From a bacterium (GTDB lineage: Bacteria > Pseudomonadota > Alphaproteobacteria > Rickettsiales > RI-342): a stretch of 64,000 nt of DNA. The stretch covers positions 1,257 to 65,256 of the forward strand of contig WGMV01000002.1 of assembly GCA_016124905.1 (NCBI GenBank), written 5' to 3'. A model generated the notes under the pieces. The model saw only the letters and a program-made list of their open reading frames with translations. It made no database searches and had not been told where the DNA came from. Positions 48,976 to 59,255 of this stretch are shown piece after piece. The position numbers and the translations under genes were made by a program. Numbering within the stretch: position 1 is the stretch's first letter; every line of letters starts with the position of its first letter.

Positions 48976-49993
48976 CCGTCATGCAAAGGCCAACCAGCCA
49001 GCTGCTCTGCCACAGCTGGAAGTTATCGTCGCTGCCGATCAGCACCATCTTCTCGCCTTCCTTGCTGTCCAGCACGGCAAGGTCCTCGGCATTGTCATGC
49101 ATGATGTAATTGGTCACCTCGATCACCGGCCCCACCACGTCCTCATGGCCGATTTCCACCAGCCTGAGGCGGCTGCGAAATCCTTCAAACAAGGTCAGCT
49201 TCCGCTCCAGCACCAGCAGGTGCATCTCATCCCACCGGGCCACCGAAGTCGGCATGAACCCTTCGCTTTCCTGATAAGGGCGGCTTTCCGTCAATGCTTT
49301 CCCGTCAAATATCCATAAGGTCGATGCATCCTTGACCGCATTCCCGCCCTTATCCTTATAGGCGGCATATTCCGCCACCAGCCACCAGGTTCCATCCCCC
49401 AGGTTGATGATCGTTTCAATCCCCAGATTGCCATCCTGCCCCTTACCGTTCAGGGGCACGGGCACGGCATCGCCCACCGCGCGCCAGCCTTCGCCATTGC
49501 GTTCAAACCGCTGCAGCCGGTGCTTGCGCTCAAAACTCACCCAATATTCGCCCGTCTGCTCCGCCGTGGCCAGGCCTTCGCTGTCGCGCATGCGCATGGC
49601 CAGCTTGCCGCCTTTTGCATCCAGCAGATCGTGGGCGGTAACATCGCTCAGGTCTTCGAGATAAAGGCTCTTGTTTTTATTGCGGGAGAAAATCAGCGTC
49701 CCTTCCACCATTTCCGCCCGGTCGGCCAGGCCCATCCAGTGATTGCCCTCCACCTGCATGTCGGAAATCCCGCCGATCCTGGCGTCCTGACGGCGGATTT
49801 CGCCGCCCCCGCACCATTCCACGCCCTTATGCGTCACAACCGGCGGCTTCGTAATCTGTCGAAAAACCGTGGAATCTCGCTCGGTTCCGGCTTTTGCGTC
49901 ACCGTGCCACCCTGCGGCCGCCAGCAGCAGGGCCGCCATTCCCAACAAAAAGGCAAAAACAAGGTGAATCCGTTTCATATCATCCATCTGCAC
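48950..49993 (-). CDS. exported hypothetical protein, possibly phytase-like/esterase-like beta-propeller family
   Basis: Signal peptide IHLVFAFLLGMAALLLAAAG. Repeated beta-rich blocks with DSEGL and NLGIE resemble the 'esterase-like activity of phytase' domain. The assignment is tentative. The gene overlaps the rfbD start by 26 nt. Confidence 0.55.
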   Translation of the reverse strand: MQMDDMKRIHLVFAFLLGMAALLLAAAGWHGDAKAGTERDSTVFRQITKPPVVTHKGVEWCGGGEIRRQDARIGGISDMQVEGNHWMGLADRAEMVEGTLIFSRNKNKSLYLEDLSDVTAHDLLDAKGGKLAMRMRDSEGLATAEQTGEYWVSFERKHRLQRFERNGEGWRAVGDAVPVPLNGKGQDGNLGIETIINLGDGTWWLVAEYAAYKDKGGNAVKDASTLWIFDGKALTESRPYQESEGFMPTSVARWDEMHLLVLERKLTLFEGFRSRLRLVEIGHEDVVGPVIEVTNYIMHDNAEDLAVLDSKEGEKMVLIGSDDNFQLWQSSWLVGLCMTDEAFAPAD

Positions 49994-50087
49994 TATTTAA
50001 AGGGACTGGGCAAGGTTTTGGTTTCGCTCGACGGCATGATTTGCTAAACCAACCCCCTATCCTTTTTCAGACCAGTTCGGAACCAGT

Positions 50088-52778
50088 ATGACCGATACCC
50101 CAGCCTCCAGCTCTCAGCCGGTAGCGATTGAACATGAAATGAAGCGCTCGTACCTCGATTACGCCATGAGCGTGATCGTGAGCCGGGCCATCCCCGATGT
50201 CCGCGACGGCCTCAAACCCGTACACCGCCGCATCCTCTTCGCCATGCTGGAATCCGGCTGCACCAACGACAAGCCCTACAAAAAATCCGCCCGTATCGTC
50301 GGTGAAGTGATGGGTAAATACCACCCGCACGGCGACTCCGCCATTTACGACGCCCTCGTGCGCATGGCGCAGGATTTCGCCATGTCCGTCATGCTGGTGG
50401 ACGGTCAGGGTAACTTCGGCTCCATGGACGGCGACAAACCGGCCGCCATGCGTTACACCGAATCCCGCCTCGCCAAGGTGGCGATGGAAATCCTCGCCGA
50501 CATCGACGAAAACACCGTCGACTTCCAGGAAAACTACGACGGCTCCGAACAGGAACCCAAAGTCCTTCCCTCCCGCTTCCCCAACATCCTCGTCAATGGC
50601 GGCGGCGGCATTGCGGTCGGCATGGCCACCAACATCCCCACCTTCAACCTGGGCGAAGTCATCGACGCCACGCACATGCTGCTGGACAACCCGCTGGCCA
50701 CCAATGAGGAGATCCTCACCGTCATGCCCGGGCCGGATTTCCCGACCGGCGGCCTCATCCTCGGCCGCGGCGGCATCCGCAACATGATGGAGACGGGCCG
50801 CGGCAGCATCGTCATGCGCGCCCGTACCGACATCGAAGAGGCCAATAACGGCCGTCAGACCATCATCGTGCAGGACATTCCCTACCAGGTGAACAAGGCC
50901 CGCATGATCGAGCGCATCGCCGAGCTCGTGCGCGAAAAACGCATCGAGGGCATCTCCGACCTGCGCGACGAATCCGACAGCGACGGCGTGCGCGTCGTCA
51001 TCGAGGTCAAGAAAGATCACCAGGCCGACGTCGTCCTCAACCAGCTCTACCGCTACAGCCCGCTGCAGACCAGCTTCGGCGCCAACATGCTGGTGCTGGA
51101 CCAGGGCCAGCCCAAGCTCCTCACCCCGCGTGAGATCCTGATCGCCTTCATCGACTTCCGCGAGGAGGTCATCTACCGCCGCACCATCAACCGCCTGAGT
51201 AAATCCCGCGAGCGTGCGCACGTATTGATCGGCCTTTCCATCGCGGTGGCCAATATCGACGAGATCATCCGCATCATCCGCAATTCGCCGGACCCCGCCA
51301 CCGCGCGTGAATCCCTGATGGCCAAGGACTGGGCCGCCGAAACCGTCGCCCCGCTCATCGCCTTGGTGGAAGACCGCGGCAACATCCTCGTTTCCGGCCG
51401 CACCAAACTGACCGAAGCCCAGGCCAAAGCCATCCTTGACCTGCGCCTGCATCGCCTGACGGGCCTTGAGCAAGCCAAGATCAACGACGAACTCGGCGAA
51501 CTCGGCACCGCCATCCGTGATTATCTCGACATCCTCGGCTCGCGTGAGCGCATCCGCGCCATCATCCGCGAGGAACTCACCGCCGTCAAAACCGCCTATG
51601 CCGAGCCGCGCCGCAGCCGCATCGAAGATGGCGATTTCGACCAGGATATCGAAGACCTCATCCAGCGCGAGGACATGGTCGTCACCGTCACCATGGGCGG
51701 CTACATCAAGCGCGTGCCGCTGGCCGACTACCGCGCCCAGAAGCGCGGCGGCAAAGGCCGCAGCGGCATGAACATCCATGAGGATGACATCACCACCGAG
51801 CTGTTCGTGGCCAACACCCACACGCCGGTATTGTTCTTCAGCAGCAAGGGCCGCGTCTTCAAGCTGAAGGTCTACAAACTGCCGCAGGGCACGCCGCAAT
51901 CGCGCGGCAAGGCGCTCATCAACATCCTGCCGCTGGAACAGGGCGAAACCATCCAGACCTTCATGCCCCTGCCGGAGAATGAAAACCTCTGGGATCAGCT
52001 GCACATCATGTTCGCCACCAGCAAGGGCAACGTGCGCCGCAACACGCTGGAGGATTTCCACGATGTACGCTCCAACGGCAAAATCGCCATCCGCATGGAC
52101 GAAGGCGACACGCTCATCGGCGTGCGCACCTGCACCGAGGACGACAACGTGCTGCTCGCCGCCCATAGCGGCAAATGCGTGCGCTTCCCCGTGGCCAACG
52201 TGCGCGTGTTCAAAAGCCGCACGTCCGACGGCGTGCGCGGCATGCTGCTCGCCGAAGGCGATCGCGTTATCTCCATGGCCATCGTGAAAGATTCCAGCGT
52301 CAGCATTGAAGAGCGCGACGAATATTTGCGCTATGCCAGCGCCAAGCGCCGTGGAGAGGACTACGCCTCCAAACTTCCGCAGGAAACAGTGACGCAGCTG
52401 GAAACCGAGGAACAATTCATCCTCACCATCACCGAAAACGGCTACGGCAAACGCACCTCGGCCTACGAATACCGCATCACCAACCGCGGCGGCCAGGGCA
52501 TCGTCAACATCGAAACCTCCGAGCGCAACGGCGCGGTGGTGGCCAGCTTCCCCGTGGATGCGACCGACCACATCATGCTGATGACCGACAAGGGCCAGAT
52601 GATCCGCACCACGGTGAAGGACATCCGCATCGCCGGCCGCAACACGCAGGGCGTCACGCTCTTCCGCGTGTCGGACGATGAGCACGTCGTCTCCGCCGTC
52701 CGCATTGCCGACAACAGCCAGGATGAGGATGAAGAAGGCGCAGAAGCGGTAGAAGAAACCACCACCCAGGCGGAATAA
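50088..52778 (+). CDS. gyrA: DNA gyrase subunit A
   Basis: [20 protein letters not shown], the catalytic-Tyr context [10 protein letters not shown], a GyrA box (QKRGGKGR) and an acidic C-terminal tail. Confidence 0.96.
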   Translation: MTDTPASSSQPVAIEHEMKRSYLDYAMSVIVSRAIPDVRDGLKPVHRRILFAMLESGCTNDKPYKKSARIVGEVMGKYHPHGDSAIYDALVRMAQDFAMSVMLVDGQGNFGSMDGDKPAAMRYTESRLAKVAMEILADIDENTVDFQENYDGSEQEPKVLPSRFPNILVNGGGGIAVGMATNIPTFNLGEVIDATHMLLDNPLATNEEILTVMPGPDFPTGGLILGRGGIRNMMETGRGSIVMRARTDIEEANNGRQTIIVQDIPYQVNKARMIERIAELVREKRIEGISDLRDESDSDGVRVVIEVKKDHQADVVLNQLYRYSPLQTSFGANMLVLDQGQPKLLTPREILIAFIDFREEVIYRRTINRLSKSRERAHVLIGLSIAVANIDEIIRIIRNSPDPATARESLMAKDWAAETVAPLIALVEDRGNILVSGRTKLTEAQAKAILDLRLHRLTGLEQAKINDELGELGTAIRDYLDILGSRERIRAIIREELTAVKTAYAEPRRSRIEDGDFDQDIEDLIQREDMVVTVTMGGYIKRVPLADYRAQKRGGKGRSGMNIHEDDITTELFVANTHTPVLFFSSKGRVFKLKVYKLPQGTPQSRGKALINILPLEQGETIQTFMPLPENENLWDQLHIMFATSKGNVRRNTLEDFHDVRSNGKIAIRMDEGDTLIGVRTCTEDDNVLLAAHSGKCVRFPVANVRVFKSRTSDGVRGMLLAEGDRVISMAIVKDSSVSIEERDEYLRYASAKRRGEDYASKLPQETVTQLETEEQFILTITENGYGKRTSAYEYRITNRGGQGIVNIETSERNGAVVASFPVDATDHIMLMTDKGQMIRTTVKDIRIAGRNTQGVTLFRVSDDEHVVSAVRIADNSQDEDEEGAEAVEETTTQAE

Positions 52779-52783
52779 CACCG

Positions 52784-53284
52784 ATGACCATCGGCATCTA
52801 CCCCGGCACGTTCGATCCCATCACCTTCGGCCACCTGGATCTCATCCGCCGTGGCGTGAAGGTGGTCGACAAGCTGGTGGTCGGCGTTGCGCAGGATACG
52901 GGCAAAGGCTCCATCTTCTCCATGACTGACCGCGTCAGCATGGCCAAAGCTGAAATCGCAAGCCTCCCCGCCGACATCGCCGCCCATATCGAGGTCAAAC
53001 CCTTCAAGGGCCTGCTGGTGGATTTCGCCAAAAAAGAAAAGGCCCAGCTCATCGTTCGCGGCATGCGCGCCACGTCGGATTTCGAATATGAATTCGAGAT
53101 GGCCTGCACCAACCGCCGCCTGAACCACGACATCGAAACCGTGTTCCTCACCGCATCGGAAAACACGCAATTCATCTCATCCCGTTTCGTCAAGCAGATT
53201 TCCCGCCTGGGCGGTGACATTTCCAGCTTTGTATCTGCGCAAGTTGCCGATAAACTCGCGCGATATTATGCCACTCACCAGTAG
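52784..53284 (+). CDS. coaD: phosphopantetheine adenylyltransferase
   Basis: GIYPGTFDPITFGHLD and ISSRFVKQI. Length is 166 aa. Confidence 0.93.
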   Translation: MTIGIYPGTFDPITFGHLDLIRRGVKVVDKLVVGVAQDTGKGSIFSMTDRVSMAKAEIASLPADIAAHIEVKPFKGLLVDFAKKEKAQLIVRGMRATSDFEYEFEMACTNRRLNHDIETVFLTASENTQFISSRFVKQISRLGGDISSFVSAQVADKLARYYATHQ

Positions 53285-53296
53285 GAGCATCTAACA

Positions 53297-53932
<636 letters not shown>

Positions 53933-53953
53933 GCTGCTTCAAGCGTGAACGAA

Positions 53954-53985
53954 AAGGCGCCGGATCACTCCGGCGCCTTTTTTAT
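53954..53985 (+). terminator. rho-independent terminator after the gyrA-coaD-ppi unit
   Basis: Stem aaggcgccgga / tccggcgcctt with loop tcac, followed by a T-run. Confidence 0.8.
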
Positions 53986-54090
53986 TCCTACCCTCTTTGT
54001 TAACGCGACAGCAGATCGCGCTGGCCAGCCTTGAGCATGCCTCATGGCGAAATCAAGGAGGATTTCGCCGGAGGCAAAACAAAAGGCAGC

Positions 54091-54405
54091 CTATTCATGT
54101 GACTGGTCAGGCGCATGAATAGGCTGAGTGATGTTCAACCACTCCTCATGGTTAAACCCATATTCCTCTTCCATTCGCGCCCGTACCGATAAATCCGGCA
54201 CGCCGATGCCATGCGCCAGCACCCTGCCGTAATCCGTCGGCTCCACGCCTATACCTTCGGCCTGCTTCTCCGCCAGTTCCTTCAGCATGTCCATGCGCAC
54301 GGACAGGTAGCAATACCAGGGCACGCCATCCTTGCGAAATCCCTGCATCAGAATCAGCCCATAAAGCTCCGTGCGAACCTGGTCGGTGAAAAAATGGTGC
54401 GCCAT
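54091..54405 (-). CDS. hypothetical protein (104 aa)
   Basis: The ORF starts 1 nt after the upstream ORF ends (54405/54407), so the two form a likely operon. No family recognised. Confidence 0.55.
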   Translation of the reverse strand: MAHHFFTDQVRTELYGLILMQGFRKDGVPWYCYLSVRMDMLKELAEKQAEGIGVEPTDYGRVLAHGIGVPDLSVRARMEEEYGFNHEEWLNITQPIHAPDQSHE

Positions 54406-54406
54406 A

Positions 54407-54919
54407 TCAGGTAATCGTCACATCGGGCGCCAGCAGGCCCGCATGGCGCGCCACATTGGCCACCGTCAGGCGCGTCAACATGCGGGCAAGCGCCACCTGC
54501 TTCATGAGCAATTTTCCTTTCAACGCCTGCTGGGCCACCTCGTTATCCGGCGCAATCATCTGCAGATACGCCAGATATTCCGCCTCTTTTTCCTCATCCA
54601 CTTCGTCAAACCAGAGGTCCGGCACCAGGTCGCCCACCCCTTCGCTGGCCGTCAGCAACGAGCTGCTCTTGGTCAGAAAACTCTTGATGGTGCTGCCTTT
54701 CTTGGAATTGGCATCCACCGCAATCCCGCCCATCACCATGCTGGTGATCAGCATCTCCCCCACGGCAGGCTGCGTTTCCTGCGCCTGCTGCTGTTGCTCG
54801 AATTGATGGCGAAACCGGTGATCCCCACCGCTCTCATCCTTTTTATCCTCGTCGGGATGCAGCCCATGCCCAAGCCTGCTGGGGTCAACATCGTGAAATG
54901 GTTTATCGCCTGAATCCAT
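54407..54919 (-). CDS. hypothetical protein (170 aa) with His/Asp-rich N-terminus
   Basis: The N-terminal ~50 aa are rich in H, D, E and Q (HDVDPSRLGHGLHPDEDKKDESGGDHRFRHQFEQQQQ). A short hydrophobic segment and a helical C-terminus follow. No family recognised. Confidence 0.55.
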   Translation of the reverse strand: MDSGDKPFHDVDPSRLGHGLHPDEDKKDESGGDHRFRHQFEQQQQAQETQPAVGEMLITSMVMGGIAVDANSKKGSTIKSFLTKSSSLLTASEGVGDLVPDLWFDEVDEEKEAEYLAYLQMIAPDNEVAQQALKGKLLMKQVALARMLTRLTVANVARHAGLLAPDVTIT

Positions 54920-54945
54920 CGCCTCACCTTACAGGCACAAATTTA

Positions 54946-54981
54946 ACCCTTTGCTAAACCCATGGTGCCATAACAAAGGGT
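54946..54981. promoter_or_regulatory. 8-bp inverted repeat accctttg-N20-caaagggt in the 78-bp divergent spacer of the ORFan cassette
   Basis: Read directly. The arms extend to ~11 bp with one indel (tttaaccctttg / caaagggtaaa). It lies 17 nt upstream of ATG 54998. Confidence 0.3.
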
Positions 54982-54997
54982 AAATAGGAAAGAAACC

Positions 54998-55891
54998 ATG
55001 CCTTTTGTCAACGTCAACATCGTGCTGGATAAACCGCTGGAACCCGACCAGCGCCTGGCCTTCCCCTACCCGGAAGGCTTGAACGAGGCCAGTTTCTTCG
55101 GCGCCTTCAACCATAACCTGGTGGTGGACGATGTTTTCTGCAAATCGCCGATCGATTTCGTCATCATCCCGCGCAGCGCCTTCCTGGAGCTTCACTGGCG
55201 CAAAAACCAGACCGTGGCCAAAGGCAAATTCCTCCATGTAAGGCTGGAGGAGCTCGGCACCAACGCCCATTACGACGCCAAAAACAACGTCACGCTGGTC
55301 AACACCTTTCCGGCCAACCTGTTCATGATCAACCTGCGTGCCCCGCTGCCGCGTGATCATCAATTTTACATCCCGCCCATGCAGCTCACCAAGCCGGGCG
55401 CCCTGCCGCTGGCCAAAAACCACCCGGATGTGCCGCGCAACGTGATTATTGCCGCCACGGTCAATGCCACACAGGTGCAGTTCAAAATTGTGGGGCAGGA
55501 TGTCTACAACCGCAACATGACCGAAGTGATCACCGGCCCCAATGCCGGCATCCGCAGCGGCAAAAAAGCCTTCAACAAAATCCTCAGCATCCAGGCCAGC
55601 CAACCTTGCAATGGCGACATCGCCGTCGGTGTCGGCAACCGCATCGGCCTGCCGGTATTCCTTCCGGCGGAAGGCTACGTGGTGCAGGAAATGATCGGCA
55701 GCGCGGTTCCCCAGTCCCCCGGTCTGCTGATTCCCGGCGATATCGGCGCTCCCACGGCCACCAGCGGCGACCGGCGCGGAACCTACACCCCGCCCTCCAC
55801 CGCCGCGCTCAATGGCCGCAACGGCATCTACCTGCTCATGTCATTGCCCAATCCCGGCAATATCGGTTCGGAAGACTTCTTCGAAGCTTAA
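54998..55891 (+). CDS. hypothetical protein (297 aa), beta-rich, no recognisable family
   Basis: Clean ORF with a GGAAAGAAACC context before the ATG. It has no signal peptide, no TM segment and no catalytic motif that I recognise. Confidence 0.6.
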   Translation: MPFVNVNIVLDKPLEPDQRLAFPYPEGLNEASFFGAFNHNLVVDDVFCKSPIDFVIIPRSAFLELHWRKNQTVAKGKFLHVRLEELGTNAHYDAKNNVTLVNTFPANLFMINLRAPLPRDHQFYIPPMQLTKPGALPLAKNHPDVPRNVIIAATVNATQVQFKIVGQDVYNRNMTEVITGPNAGIRSGKKAFNKILSIQASQPCNGDIAVGVGNRIGLPVFLPAEGYVVQEMIGSAVPQSPGLLIPGDIGAPTATSGDRRGTYTPPSTAALNGRNGIYLLMSLPNPGNIGSEDFFEA

Positions 55892-55947
55892 GCCTGTTCA
55901 GTATGTCACTGCATTGAGCCGAACATGGCCGTGCTGTGAGCAGGCTC

Positions 55948-56928
55948 CTAGGCCTTGCCCAGCAGCTCGTTCAGCAAAAACACATGGTTCGTGTTGCAGA
56001 ACTGGCAGGTCACTTTGAGCGATCCTTCCTCGGCCAGCTCCTCCAGCTCGCTGCCATCCATCGTTTTCAGCACATTTTCAATGCGCTCGCGGTTGCAGCG
56101 GCAGCCCGCGCTGATGGCCGTCTCCTCGTATACCCAGATACCATCCTCATGAAACAGCCTATACAGCATGGTGTTAGGCATCATGTCGGGGTCGAGCATC
56201 TCCTGCTCGGTCAGGGAATCCACGAACATGATCGTGCGGTTCCAGTCGTCATCCTCCGCACTGATGGCGGAATCTCCATCCTCCATCGGGTCGGGAAGAA
56301 TTTCCGGCTTGAAATGCTCCTCATCTGGCAGACGCTGCACCATGATGCCCGCCGCCCGCCAGCGCGCCTTGTCATCATAGCGCGTGCTATGGCCGATCAT
56401 GGTCTTGATATGAACATTAAACTGGTCGGACTGGTGCATGTAACGCAAACAGCAATCCGTCAGATCATCGCCGGAAAGCTCCACAATGCCCTGATATGGC
56501 TGCTTGCCTTGCAAATGGTCCAGCGTGATGCAAAGATAACCCTTGCCGAACACATCCTTCATCGCGCGCTTGATGGAGACATTCTCCTCAAAATACTTCT
56601 GCCCCTCTTCGGAAAGCTCGGCATAGCCGCGCAAGGTGCCATCCGCCGTGATATCGGTCACCATCAGCCTCACCGGGCCGTCGCCCTGCACCTGAATGGT
56701 GATGATGCCGTCATGCTTCAACGACCGGCTAAGCAGCCCGGTGATAAGCAGTTGCTCGGCCAGCAGGTGCGATACCGGTAATGGGTAATTATGCCGGTGC
56801 AGAATATCGTTCACCGCCTCCGAAAGGCGCACAAATCTCCCATGAAGATGGGTTTTGTCGATCAGAAATGGCAGAATCATGTCCTGCCCGATGACCGATG
56901 GCGGCGGTTGATTATCGTTGGAAACCAT
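55948..56928 (-). CDS. hslO: redox-regulated chaperone Hsp33
   Basis: C-terminal zinc centre CRCNRERI ... CQFCNTNHVF. The N-terminal domain has the DKTHLHGRFVRL pattern. Confidence 0.9.
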   Translation of the reverse strand: MVSNDNQPPPSVIGQDMILPFLIDKTHLHGRFVRLSEAVNDILHRHNYPLPVSHLLAEQLLITGLLSRSLKHDGIITIQVQGDGPVRLMVTDITADGTLRGYAELSEEGQKYFEENVSIKRAMKDVFGKGYLCITLDHLQGKQPYQGIVELSGDDLTDCCLRYMHQSDQFNVHIKTMIGHSTRYDDKARWRAAGIMVQRLPDEEHFKPEILPDPMEDGDSAISAEDDDWNRTIMFVDSLTEQEMLDPDMMPNTMLYRLFHEDGIWVYEETAISAGCRCNRERIENVLKTMDGSELEELAEEGSLKVTCQFCNTNHVFLLNELLGKA

Positions 56929-56960
56929 GAGAAAAGTCTAACAGGCCAATATTAATAAAT

Positions 56961-57108
56961 TAGATAGGGTTGTCATGCGATGGAGAATGAGCCGAAAACA
57001 GTGAATATGCGAGCACCGAAGCGGAGCGTACACTTTCGTACGTGAGCATCGTAGCGCAGCAAAATCGCTGTTTGCAGGCCATTATACGTCGCATGAGAGC
57101 CCTATCTA
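56961..57108. mobile_element. 148-bp MITE-like element with 20-bp imperfect terminal inverted repeats
   Basis: The left end is tagatagggttgtcatgcga (56961-56980). The right end is tcgcatgagagccctatcta (57089-57108). These match at 17 of 20 positions in reverse complement. It has no coding capacity. The interior carries small hairpins and the agcg-rich words seen in other intergenic repeats. No target-site duplication is evident. Confidence 0.5.
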
Positions 57109-58035
57109 TCCCTGAATGCCCAGGCAGTGCAGCAGCACGGCTTTTTGGACGTGGAGTCGGTTCTCCGCTTCATCGAACACCACAGAGCGATTTCCATCAA
57201 TCACCCCCGGCGTCACTTCCTCACCCCGATGTGCTGGCAGGCAATGCATGAAAATAGCGTCTTCCGCCGTGTTCATGAGGAATTCATTCACCTGGTAAGG
57301 CTTTAGCGCCGCCTTTTTGGCCTGCGCGTCGCCCTTTTCCTCATCTCCCATCGACATCCAGGTGTCGGTCACAATAGCCTGGGTGCCCTTCACCGCCGCC
57401 ACCGCGTCGGTAAAAAACTGAATGCGCCCGCTGGAGCTGGCTTTCTGGCTCTCGGCCCAGTCCACCACCTTATCCAGCGGCCGGTATGCCGTCGGGCAGG
57501 CGATATTCAGGTTAAAGCCAAACAGAATGGCCGCGTGGATGTAGGAAATCAGCACATTATTGCCATCCCCGACCCAGGTCAGCGTCTTGCCGGCAATCGG
57601 CCCCTTATGCTCTTCAAATGTCAGTATATCCGCCAGAATCTGGCAGGGATGGCTGTAGGAGGTCAACCCGTTGATAACGGGAACGGAAGCGGAAGACGCC
57701 ATTTCCAGCAAGGTAAAATGTTCGCGCGCGCGGAACATGATGATATCCACATAACGTGACAAAACCCGCGCCGTATCGGCGATCGACTCCCCACGCCCAA
57801 GCTGGGAATTCTGGCAGTCCAGCTCCATCGCATACCCGCCGAGCTGGCGCATGGCCAGGTCGAACGACACACGTGTGCGGGTGGAGTTCTTTTCAAAAAT
57901 CATGGCGAGCGTCTTGCCTTTAAGCAGCTGCTCGTTACCGCCCGCCTTGAAATCAGCCTTCAGCGAGACGGCCGTCTTGAGGATATTCCGCAACTCATCG
58001 CCGGTAAAATCGGCAATATCCACAAAATGCGGCAT
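57106..58035 (-). CDS. argF: ornithine carbamoyltransferase
   Basis: STRTRVSF, DTWMSMG and HCLPAHRGEE. The stop codon TAG (57106-57108) lies inside the right terminal repeat of the MITE-like element. Confidence 0.92.
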   Translation of the reverse strand: MPHFVDIADFTGDELRNILKTAVSLKADFKAGGNEQLLKGKTLAMIFEKNSTRTRVSFDLAMRQLGGYAMELDCQNSQLGRGESIADTARVLSRYVDIIMFRAREHFTLLEMASSASVPVINGLTSYSHPCQILADILTFEEHKGPIAGKTLTWVGDGNNVLISYIHAAILFGFNLNIACPTAYRPLDKVVDWAESQKASSSGRIQFFTDAVAAVKGTQAIVTDTWMSMGDEEKGDAQAKKAALKPYQVNEFLMNTAEDAIFMHCLPAHRGEEVTPGVIDGNRSVVFDEAENRLHVQKAVLLHCLGIQG

Positions 58036-58067
58036 GATGGCGCTCCTTCTTTAATTGATTCGTTTCG

Positions 58068-59255
58068 TTACGCGGCGATGCTTGCAGCGGCAAGCTTTTT
58101 ACAGCATCGGTCGATTTTATCCACTGCTTCGTCAATATGCGCCTTTTCCACGATCAGCGGCGGCACGATGCGAATGGCCTGATCGGCCGCCCCTACCGTC
58201 AAAAGCCCCTCTTCCCGCAGCAGTTTTACGAAAGGCGCAGGGTCGCTGTGCAAACGCAGCCCGCGCATCAGCCCTTTACCGCGAATTTCATCGATCTGTT
58301 TGGGATAGGCGGCCTTCAGCGCTTCCAGCTTCTGCCCCAGATAATCACCCATCTCTGTCACTTTTGCCAGAAAACCCGGCGCGGTGATGATGTCCATCAC
58401 GGCATTGCCCACCGCCATCGCCAGCGGGTTGCCGCCATAAGTCCCCCCGTGCGAGCCGGGGTTCATAGCCTTGGCCACATGCTCTTTCGCCAGGCACGCC
58501 CCCAGTGGAAACCCGCCGCCGATGCCCTTGGCCACCGCAATCAGGTCCGGCTCCACGCCCGCCCATTCATAAGCGAACATCTTGCCCGTGCGGCCCGTGC
58601 CGCACTGCACCTCATCGGCAATCAGCAGCAGTCCGTGCTCCTTGCACAAAGCGGCCAGCCCCTGCAAAAATTCCTTGGTTGCCGGGCGAATACCGCCTTC
58701 GCCCTGGATCGGCTCCAGCGCAATCGCCGCCGTTTGCGGGCCGATGGCCGCCTTCACTGCGGCCAGATCATTCAGCTCCACATGGTCAAACCCATCCAGC
58801 AGCGGCGCGAAACCGTCCGTCAGCGCCGGTTTGCTGGCCGCCGAGATGGTCGCGATCGTCCGCCCGTGGAAGCCGCCTTTCATGGTGATGATGCGGTAAC
58901 GGTCCGGCTGGCCGATGAAATCGAAATATTTGCGCGTCATCTTGAAGGCCGCTTCCATCGCCTCCGCGCCGGAATTGCAAAAGAACGCCGTATCGCAGCA
59001 GCTCACCGCCACCAGCCGCTCCGCCAGCTTTTGCTGGCCGGGAATCTGATACAGGTTAGAGACATGCCACAGCGTCTCGGCCTGCTTTTTCAGCTCCGCC
59101 ACCAGATGCGGGTGGCAATGGCCAAGCGAATTCACCGCAATCCCGCTGGCGAAATCCAGCATGGTACGCCCGTCATCCGTATGCAGATACACGCCCTCAC
59201 CGCGCAACGCGCCGAATTCGGTGCGGTTATAGACCGGTAGCACAGCAGGAATCAT
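58068..59255 (-). CDS. argD: acetylornithine aminotransferase
   Basis: Class-III aminotransferase with LIADEVQCGTGRTGKMFA and AVAKGIGGGFP (PLP Lys). It sits upstream of argF. Confidence 0.9.
   Translation of the reverse strand: MIPAVLPVYNRTEFGALRGEGVYLHTDDGRTMLDFASGIAVNSLGHCHPHLVAELKKQAETLWHVSNLYQIPGQQKLAERLVAVSCCDTAFFCNSGAEAMEAAFKMTRKYFDFIGQPDRYRIITMKGGFHGRTIATISAASKPALTDGFAPLLDGFDHVELNDLAAVKAAIGPQTAAIALEPIQGEGGIRPATKEFLQGLAALCKEHGLLLIADEVQCGTGRTGKMFAYEWAGVEPDLIAVAKGIGGGFPLGACLAKEHVAKAMNPGSHGGTYGGNPLAMAVGNAVMDIITAPGFLAKVTEMGDYLGQKLEALKAAYPKQIDEIRGKGLMRGLRLHSDPAPFVKLLREEGLLTVGAADQAIRIVPPLIVEKAHIDEAVDKIDRCCKKLAAASIAA

Noticed and set aside
50067-52781. 904-aa minus-strand ORF covering the whole of gyrA. 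Similar full-length antisense ORFs lie opposite groEL (26032..27741), hflX (21506..23101), dapF/gcvPB (12737..14941), the ankyrin gene (40158..41942), serA (8339..9367), bioA (1476..2651) and bioB (404..1450).
   Set aside because: Their translations are low-complexity Gly/Ala/Arg/His-rich strings with no motifs. Each is exactly antisense to a gene with unmistakable family signatures. Long shadow ORFs are the expected by-product of strong third-position G/C bias, so they are not genes.
53990-54090. A tiny ORF (about 20 aa, MAKSRRISPEAKQKAAYSCD) and the hairpin ggcgaaat-caaggagg-atttcgcc downstream of the 104-aa ORFan.
   Set aside because: The ORF has no SD and overlaps a hairpin that more plausibly ends the minus-strand cassette transcript. 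It is too short and unsupported to call.
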